From an uncultured Candidatus Saccharibacteria bacterium (lineage in GTDB: Bacteria > Patescibacteriota > UBA1384 > XYA2-FULL-43-10 > 1-14-0-10-43-13): a DNA stretch of 64,000 bases. The notes under the pieces are model-generated. The model made no database searches. It was given only the letters and a program-made list of their open reading frames with translations, and was not told the origin of the DNA. This document shows, one piece after another, positions 58,066 through 64,000 of this stretch. Numbering within the stretch: the first letter of the stretch is position 1; each line of letters begins with the position of its first letter. Location: contig CAYOQP010000005.1 in NCBI GenBank assembly GCA_964406145.1, positions 834 through 64,833 of the forward strand, given 5' to 3'. The translations under genes and the position numbers were made by a program.

Positions 58066-60666
58066 CTAATCGCTTTTATTTTTTTTGATTCTTTTGTCGT
58101 GGAGAAAACGAACAACTTCAGCAATCAGAAAAGCAAATACAACAAGAATTCCTAATGTTATGCTCTCACCAGCTGTTAGAGGAACTAGCTGGAATATTTT
58201 GGACATTGGCGGCACAAAAAGTAGGATCTGTAATATTGCTGCGAGACTGATAGCAGTGATCAAGTATCTATTTACAAAAAAACTTTTGGGAGACTGCCAA
58301 ATTCTTTTGTTTGAACGAATAGAGAGAGAATAAACCAAGGCCGCGAAAACAACAAAGCAGAAAATCATCGTTCTGGCCTTGGCAATAGAGAAATTTAGAC
58401 CCCAAAGATAAAGAGAGAAACCAAGAATGATAGCAATCACAGCCAGGGTGATTGCGTAGTACATTGATTTTTGGAGTGAATTGACAGCAGTTGTCCTCGG
58501 CTTCTCGTTGAGGACCTGATTGCTCGGCTTCTCGAAACAAAAAGACAAAGCCGCAAAGCTTTCTATGATTAAATTGATCCAAAGAATCTGAGCAGTCGTA
58601 AATGGGACTGGAAGGCCGAAAACAAAAGCCATTATCACCAAAAATACCAGATTCATATTTCCAGAGAACAATTGGACGATAACATTTTTGATATTGTCAT
58701 AGATGGTGCGACCATATTCAATCGCCGAGACTATCGTATTGTATTTATCGTCGGACAAAACAATATCGGCTGAATCCTTGGCCACATCAGTGCCCTTTAT
58801 GCCCATAGCAATGCCCACCTGTGCCTCTTTAAGGGCCGGAGCGTCATTTACCCCGTCACCAGTCATGGCAACAGAGAAGCCGGCGTCCTGAAGTGTTTTA
58901 ACAATGAGTATCTTGCCCTCCGGTGTGACGCGAGCGAAAATCTTAACCTTAGCCAAAGCTTGAAGCAATTCAGTTTTACTCATATTCTCTAAATCACTTT
59001 GAATCACAATTTCATCATTAGCAACATTAAGTCCAACCTTATTAGCAACGAATCTAGCTGTCTCAAAATGGTCTCCGGTAATTATGATCGAGCGTATTCC
59101 CGCTCGCATAGTTCTGGCAATTGCTTCTTTGATACCAGTCGTTGGCTCGTCTACCATCGCAAATAATCCACGAAATTTCATTCCGGAAAGCGCAGAGCTA
59201 TGGACATTACCAAGATGTTTATCCGCCAAAGCGATTACTTTGTAGCCTTCCCTGCCATATGACTCAGCCTGATCAATTATTTTTTCCTTTTCCGTCTTAG
59301 TCAAAGAACAAAATTCAACTATTTTTTCACAAGCACCTTTGACGATTAAAGATTTTTTGTTCTCTGATTCAACCAAAACAGCCATAAATTTCTTATCGGA
59401 ATCGAAGGGTATTTCCATCAATCTCTTGTAGTTCTTGGCTTCAAATCTAGCAAGTTTGTCCATGAGATCGGCTCGTTCTACGATTGCGATCTCGACTGGA
59501 TCGCCTGAGTATTCACCTTTTTCGTTAAGATTGAGATTGGAACAGGCCAAACCATGAGCAAAAAAGGCGATGAGTTTTTCATTATCGGTCGGCTTTTCAA
59601 AATTATATAAAGTTGATTTGCCATCATTAAATAAAAAAACTTCGTCAACAATGAGGTTATTATTTGTAATCGTTCCTGTTTTGTCGGTAACAATAATGTT
59701 AGTTGTGCCAAGTGTCTCAATCGCTGACATCTTCCTGACAATTGCTTTTTTCTTGGCCATTCTTGAAACACCGATAGCAAGTGCTAAGGTTATTGCCGTG
59801 GGTAGACTCTCCGGTACGGCCGCTACTAGAAGTGCAATCGTAAAAGTAAGCAATGGAAAAATATCGGATCCACGATAATAGCCAAGAATAAAAATCATAG
59901 AGGCCGTAATAAAGGAAAAAATCGTCAACATCTTGCCGAGATGACCAACCTGTCTTTCAAGAGGAGTTTTTTCCTCTGGTTTATCGATCAATTCTGCTAT
60001 TTTACCAAACTCTGTAGTTTCTCCTGTCGCAACTACAATTCCTCGTCCTCGGCCAACTACTACTATAGTCGAGGCAAAAAGCATATTGAGACGATCTGCT
60101 AGAGAAGTATCAAGCGGAAGAACCTTTACATTCTTACTCACTGGAACCGATTCACCAGTCAGAGAAGACTCATTTATCATTAGAGACTCTTCTTCGACCA
60201 AGCGCAAATCAGCTGGTATTTTGTCCCCTGCCTCAAAAATAACGACATCTCCAATAACCAGATCTTCACTATCGATCACTAATAAATTGCCGTCGCGAAT
60301 TACCTTGGCTTTGATTCTGAAATTATTCTTTAGCTCTGATAAAGCCTTTTCTGCTTTGTATTCTTGAAAGAAACCAAGACAGACATTAATGAGAATGATT
60401 ATTATTAAGATGAGCGACTGGGCTAGCCCGTCAACAAAATATGAGATTATTGAGGCAATAAAAAGAAGGATTATGAAAAAATTAAAAAATTGCCTGAAAA
60501 AAATCCTAGCTGGACTAATACCTCTTATTTTTTCAAGTGTATTTTTGCCATATTTTTCAAGTCGAAAATAGGCTTTTTCTCGTGTTAAGCCCTTCTGTAA
60601 ATCTGTCTCAAAATGTTTAGCAACATCAGAAACAGGCCATTGATGAAAACGAAAATTTTTATTAAT
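58066..60666 (-). CDS. P-type (type II-like) cation-transporting ATPase; probable non-AUG (ATT) start
   Basis: DKTGTITNN, TGDHFETA and MTGDGVNDAPALKEAQVGIAMG motifs. The track ORF starts at a GTG at 60279. The same frame stays open upstream for 129 codons with clear ATPase N-terminal homology (FHQWPVSDVAKHFETDLQKGLTREKAYFRLEKYGKNTLEK..LINVCLGFFQEYKAEKALSELKN..VIRDGNLLVID), back to an in-frame TAG at 60676-60678. No ATG/GTG/TTG is in that stretch. A perfect SD AGGAGG lies 5 nt before ATT at 60664-60666. Confidence 0.75.
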   Translation of the reverse strand: MNKNFRFHQWPVSDVAKHFETDLQKGLTREKAYFRLEKYGKNTLEKIRGISPARIFFRQFFNFFIILLFIASIISYFVDGLAQSLILIIIILINVCLGFFQEYKAEKALSELKNNFRIKAKVIRDGNLLVIDSEDLVIGDVVIFEAGDKIPADLRLVEEESLMINESSLTGESVPVSKNVKVLPLDTSLADRLNMLFASTIVVVGRGRGIVVATGETTEFGKIAELIDKPEEKTPLERQVGHLGKMLTIFSFITASMIFILGYYRGSDIFPLLTFTIALLVAAVPESLPTAITLALAIGVSRMAKKKAIVRKMSAIETLGTTNIIVTDKTGTITNNNLIVDEVFLFNDGKSTLYNFEKPTDNEKLIAFFAHGLACSNLNLNEKGEYSGDPVEIAIVERADLMDKLARFEAKNYKRLMEIPFDSDKKFMAVLVESENKKSLIVKGACEKIVEFCSLTKTEKEKIIDQAESYGREGYKVIALADKHLGNVHSSALSGMKFRGLFAMVDEPTTGIKEAIARTMRAGIRSIIITGDHFETARFVANKVGLNVANDEIVIQSDLENMSKTELLQALAKVKIFARVTPEGKILIVKTLQDAGFSVAMTGDGVNDAPALKEAQVGIAMGIKGTDVAKDSADIVLSDDKYNTIVSAIEYGRTIYDNIKNVIVQLFSGNMNLVFLVIMAFVFGLPVPFTTAQILWINLIIESFAALSFCFEKPSNQVLNEKPRTTAVNSLQKSMYYAITLAVIAIILGFSLYLWGLNFSIAKARTMIFCFVVFAALVYSLSIRSNKRIWQSPKSFFVNRYLITAISLAAILQILLFVPPMSKIFQLVPLTAGESITLGILVVFAFLIAEVVRFLHDKRIKKNKSD

Positions 60667-60685
60667 TTTCCCCTCCTAAGATAAA

Positions 60686-62578
60686 TCAGGAACACTGATT
60701 GGGACAACTGCCACCACAATCTACTCCGGCCTCATCACCGTTCCGCACACCATCATTACAGGCTGGCACGACTACTGGCTCAACAACTGGAGCGGCCTTG
60801 CCAATAAGCCATTGTTCCGCAATGGCCTTATAGACTGAAGTAAATGTTTTGTCCTGCAAGACCGTGCCAGCACTATCAGTAACTTTATAATGAAAATTAG
60901 CTGTTGCACCCTGATGAGCCTTGCCAGTTTGTTTCTTTTCGCCAGGACCAAGAGTATCGGTTTCAATGTAAACAGGAGATGGTGGATTCACAATCTCGGT
61001 TGTTACTGGAGTCGATATTTCTATCTTACGATCATCTTTTGTGCCATAGAAATCAAAAGTTATTTTATTGCCGACAATTTTTGATTGAACCAGAAGATGG
61101 CTCTTGTAATTATTAACAAATTTAAAGTCAGGCGCTGGATCGTAGATCGTTGCATCCATACCAATTGGTGGCTCGTAGTAGCTCACCCTATAACTATGAT
61201 TTGATCGCTGCGTAATCTTCATGCCGGCATTTAGTGCAGCGCGAAATAAGGTCGAGGAGACCTGACATAAGCCCCCACCGAATTCTGGAACCGTTTTGTT
61301 ATCTTTGATAACAAGCTCTTCAAGATAGCCAGTAGTCCCGTCTATTGTGCCGAGATGGGATAGCGTCGAAAACTCTTCGCCCGCACCAAGCAACGTACCA
61401 TTGATGGCCGACGCACCGATCTGAATATTGTGAATGCGATTAGCCGGGGAACCGGCAAATGACGTTGTCGCCGTTCCGATCAATTCATTAATTCCGAGGG
61501 AGCTGATATCGGTATTACTAACATCTGGTTTTTTAATAGCTACCTTTAAATTAATAACTATTGGGTCAACCGCAGTCGCTGTTAATTGAATCCGCGAGAA
61601 AAGAGCATCTTCAATACTATTCAAAGTCTCAGTTACGTCTAGCGTTCGTCCATCAACCGAATTTTGGAAGACAGTCACCTTGCCATCAACAATGGTCAGT
61701 TTGGCACTAACTGAATTAACATCAATGCTTTTAGCTAGGGACTCAGCATATTTCTGTGCTCTTTCGGTGTTAAAGACCAGATCTAAATCATCTTTGTTTG
61801 TTCTGGAAGAAATAAACCCGCCAATTGTGTCAACATCAACTTTATAGTCCTGACCGTTGTATTTTAAGACCAATTCTCCAGCTGCTAAGATTTTGTTTGC
61901 CAAATCTAATTTCACCTGAGCCTTATCTGGGTTAACTTGAGGTTTAAATGACTCAAGAGAAAAAGAAATTAAGTCTGATCTGACATTGGCAAAATTATTC
62001 TTAATCTCTAACTCAATTTTCTCTTGGTTTATTCTCTTGCCCTCGACTCGATCATTTGAAAGTTCGTATTTGCCATCTTTGTAAATAATTGAATAATCTT
62101 TCTCTGGCTGATCAAGTTCGGCAGATATTTGTTTTATTTTTACCCTAAGGCTATCCTCATTTACCGAATAAATAGCCTGATGACGAGTCTTAGTAAAAAT
62201 AACTTTGATCTCTTCGCCTATAGCCAAAAAAACATTATTATTTCGCCCTTTTGACCAAATTTCGTTAACTGTTGCATCAACATCATAAGAAAGTCCCACT
62301 TCCATCGGACCGACCTCATAATTCTTATTTTGATCAGAATTATTGAGGACCAAATTTGTATTGAGACTTTTTTCTGTTTGAGATTTTATAAGGGATGTTA
62401 GATCGCTTTTCTTGTATCCACTCACTTTTGTGCCGCCAAAATATTGATGCGGTAGAACTCTGCTAGCATAAGCAAAGGAATAAACACCAAGTGATAATAG
62501 AATTAAAACACAAAAACCAGCAACGCCAAGCGCTACTCGCCTAGTAAGAACTTTTTTACTTATTTTTACTTTCCCCAT
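60686..62578 (-). CDS. VanW-family protein with G5-like region and Cys-rich C-terminal tail
   Basis: VanW core GGGLCQVSSTLFRAALNAGMKITQRSNHSYRVSYYEPPIGMDATIY. N-terminal TM. C-terminus CNDGVRNGDEAGVDCGGSCPNQC. Confidence 0.8.
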   Translation of the reverse strand: MGKVKISKKVLTRRVALGVAGFCVLILLSLGVYSFAYASRVLPHQYFGGTKVSGYKKSDLTSLIKSQTEKSLNTNLVLNNSDQNKNYEVGPMEVGLSYDVDATVNEIWSKGRNNNVFLAIGEEIKVIFTKTRHQAIYSVNEDSLRVKIKQISAELDQPEKDYSIIYKDGKYELSNDRVEGKRINQEKIELEIKNNFANVRSDLISFSLESFKPQVNPDKAQVKLDLANKILAAGELVLKYNGQDYKVDVDTIGGFISSRTNKDDLDLVFNTERAQKYAESLAKSIDVNSVSAKLTIVDGKVTVFQNSVDGRTLDVTETLNSIEDALFSRIQLTATAVDPIVINLKVAIKKPDVSNTDISSLGINELIGTATTSFAGSPANRIHNIQIGASAINGTLLGAGEEFSTLSHLGTIDGTTGYLEELVIKDNKTVPEFGGGLCQVSSTLFRAALNAGMKITQRSNHSYRVSYYEPPIGMDATIYDPAPDFKFVNNYKSHLLVQSKIVGNKITFDFYGTKDDRKIEISTPVTTEIVNPPSPVYIETDTLGPGEKKQTGKAHQGATANFHYKVTDSAGTVLQDKTFTSVYKAIAEQWLIGKAAPVVEPVVVPACNDGVRNGDEAGVDCGGSCPNQCS

Positions 62579-62648
62579 TTTATAGTGTTCCCGATGACAA
62601 CTTAATCATACAGAGAAATTATCTTTTTTTTAAGATCTAGGCACTAAT

Positions 62649-62891
62649 TTAGAAATCTTTTGGATTCAAAATTTCATTCAAAAGATCCTTGGCCTTTTGT
62701 TCGCGTTGTTTCTTCTCGGATTCAAGAGTTTGAATCGACAAAACTAGTATTTCGCCTTCTTTCGCGTTCTTGGGCAAGTAAAAAGACGGCAAAACAAGCT
62801 GTTCATCATTTTCGTCAAGCAAAACCGCTTTGTCCCCTTCAAAGCGATCGAGAGTAAATTCTTTTTTTACTTGATCTGTTTTCATGAACAA
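62649..62891 (-). CDS. Small hypothetical protein (DUF3006-like)
   Basis: 80-aa ORF, charged, host-like codon usage. Confidence 0.35.
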   Translation of the reverse strand: MFMKTDQVKKEFTLDRFEGDKAVLLDENDEQLVLPSFYLPKNAKEGEILVLSIQTLESEKKQREQKAKDLLNEILNPKDF

Positions 62892-62952
62892 ACAAATTAT
62901 TAGAAATAAATCTTTGGAATATCCTCCCGAAAAATCAGGAGGATTTTTTCAA

Positions 62953-64000
62953 CTATTTAGAACTCTTAGCTGTTTCTTTTTTTCCGCCGAAGATCATCCA
63001 AGCGGCAATACCGATAATAAGAGCCGCGACAATGGCAATCTTGGCAGTTGCAGGAACTTCAACCTTGATCAAAGTTGTCGCAATCAATAGAGCAATGATG
63101 TTGACGACCTTGATAATTGGATTGATAGCTGGACCAGCAGTATCCTTGTAAGGGTCACCTACAGTGTCGCCGGTAACAGCAGCAGCATGTGCAATCGAGC
63201 CTTTGCCACCAAATGCACCATCTTCGATGTACTTTTTGGAGTTGTCCCAAGCACCACCGCCAGAAGTCATAGAAATAGCAACAAAAAGACCTGTAACGAT
63301 TGTGCCGATCAAGAAACCTCCGAGAGCAACTGGGCCCAATAGGAAACCAACGAGGAGCGGTGAAGCAACAGTAATAGCAGCCGGAAGAACCATCTCACGA
63401 ATAGCGGACTTGGTCACGATATCGACAGCCTTGCCATACTCTGGCTTGGTCTTGCCTTCCATAATCCCTTTGATCTCTTTGAATTGTCGACGAACTTCGG
63501 TTACAACAGCACCAGCAGCCTTGCCAACAGCTTCCATAGCAAGAGAACCAAAATAGTATGGAAGTAATCCACCTAAGAACAGACCAACCAAGACATATGG
63601 ATCCTTAAGATCAAAGGCGACTTGCAAACCACCATTGTTCAACTTCTCGGTATAGTCAGCAAACAAGACCATGGCAGCCAAAGCAGCGGAACCGATGGCA
63701 TAACCCTTGGTTACGGCTTTAGTTGTATTGCCAACTGAATCAAGAGCATCTGTGTGAACTCGAACATCAGATGGTAACTCTGACATTTCAGCGATACCGC
63801 CAGCATTATCAACGACTGGGCCAAAAGCATCAATAGCAACGATGATACCAGCCATTGAAAGCATGGCCATAGCGGCGATCGCAATACCAAATAGTCCAGC
63901 AAGAGAATAAGCACCAAGAATAGCAGCACCAATAACGATAACAGGAGCAGCGGTCGATCTCATGGAAACTGCTAAGCCAGTAATAATATTTGTGCCATGA
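62953..64000 (-). CDS. hppA: Membrane-bound proton-translocating pyrophosphatase (H+-PPase), C-terminal part; gene continues beyond window end
   Basis: [22 protein letters not shown] and [12 protein letters not shown] motifs; many TM helices. The Met at 63963 is internal because H+-PPases are about 650-800 aa. Confidence 0.9.
   Translation of the reverse strand, partial: HGTNIITGLAVSMRSTAAPVIVIGAAILGAYSLAGLFGIAIAAMAMLSMAGIIVAIDAFGPVVDNAGGIAEMSELPSDVRVHTDALDSVGNTTKAVTKGYAIGSAALAAMVLFADYTEKLNNGGLQVAFDLKDPYVLVGLFLGGLLPYYFGSLAMEAVGKAAGAVVTEVRRQFKEIKGIMEGKTKPEYGKAVDIVTKSAIREMVLPAAITVASPLLVGFLLGPVALGGFLIGTIVTGLFVAISMTSGGGAWDNSKKYIEDGAFGGKGSIAHAAAVTGDTVGDPYKDTAGPAINPIIKVVNIIALLIATTLIKVEVPATAKIAIVAALIIGIAAWMIFGGKKETAKSSK

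Overview
This 64-kb window is a low-GC bacterial chromosomal segment with compact gene packing. All genes read intact under the standard genetic code, so UGA does not appear to be recoded. The gene content fits a small-genome, Gram-positive-like or CPR/Patescibacteria-like organism, though that placement is inference. Core housekeeping genes dominate. They are a ddl(tandem-fused)-alr-dnaG-rpoD operon, Fe-ADH, SDR, PEP synthase, recX-recA, RodZ-like, ftsK, RNase J, UDG, pnp, rpsO, nrnA, phosphohexomutase, wecB (interrupted), rpsT, lepB, holA, a split polA (5'-3' exonuclease / GNAT / polymerase domain), ychF, rpsF-ssb-rpsR, efp, groES-groEL, pyrG, a P-type ATPase, VanW and an H+-PPase (partial at the window end). 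Six accessory or odd features sit among them. (1) Positions 1-1906 hold three consecutive N-terminal zinc-ribbon proteins, one of them a membrane-anchored trypsin-like protease. (2) Around 2.5-7.4 kb there is an island of unknown small genes ending in a large serine recombinase whose 3' end overlaps a tRNA-Asn, making it a putative integrated element. (3) A tRNA-Ser(GGA) locus carries partial duplicates of both the tRNA 3' end and its 5' end, the latter with an inserted twin-tetraloop hairpin, flanking a small GIY-YIG (YhbQ-like) gene. (4) Around 19-22.7 kb is a CYTH-HAD-HD-HD/HD cluster of nucleotide phosphohydrolases. (5) Several short GC-rich islets carry strong Shine-Dalgarno sequences, Cys-rich (CxxC) small ORFs and their own terminators (21.06-21.35 kb, 23.5-23.9 kb, 47.3-47.65 kb, 55.44-56.13 kb), plus a roughly 2-kb GC-rich island at 47.3-49.4 kb. 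Their codon usage is clearly foreign to the host. (6) Smaller oddities are an in-frame TAG in wecB, a P-type ATPase that apparently starts at AUU after a perfect SD, a non-CIRCE palindromic operator overlapping the groES promoter, and repeat-rich leaders of rpsO, rpsF and rpoD. No CRISPR array, rRNA or transposase was seen.
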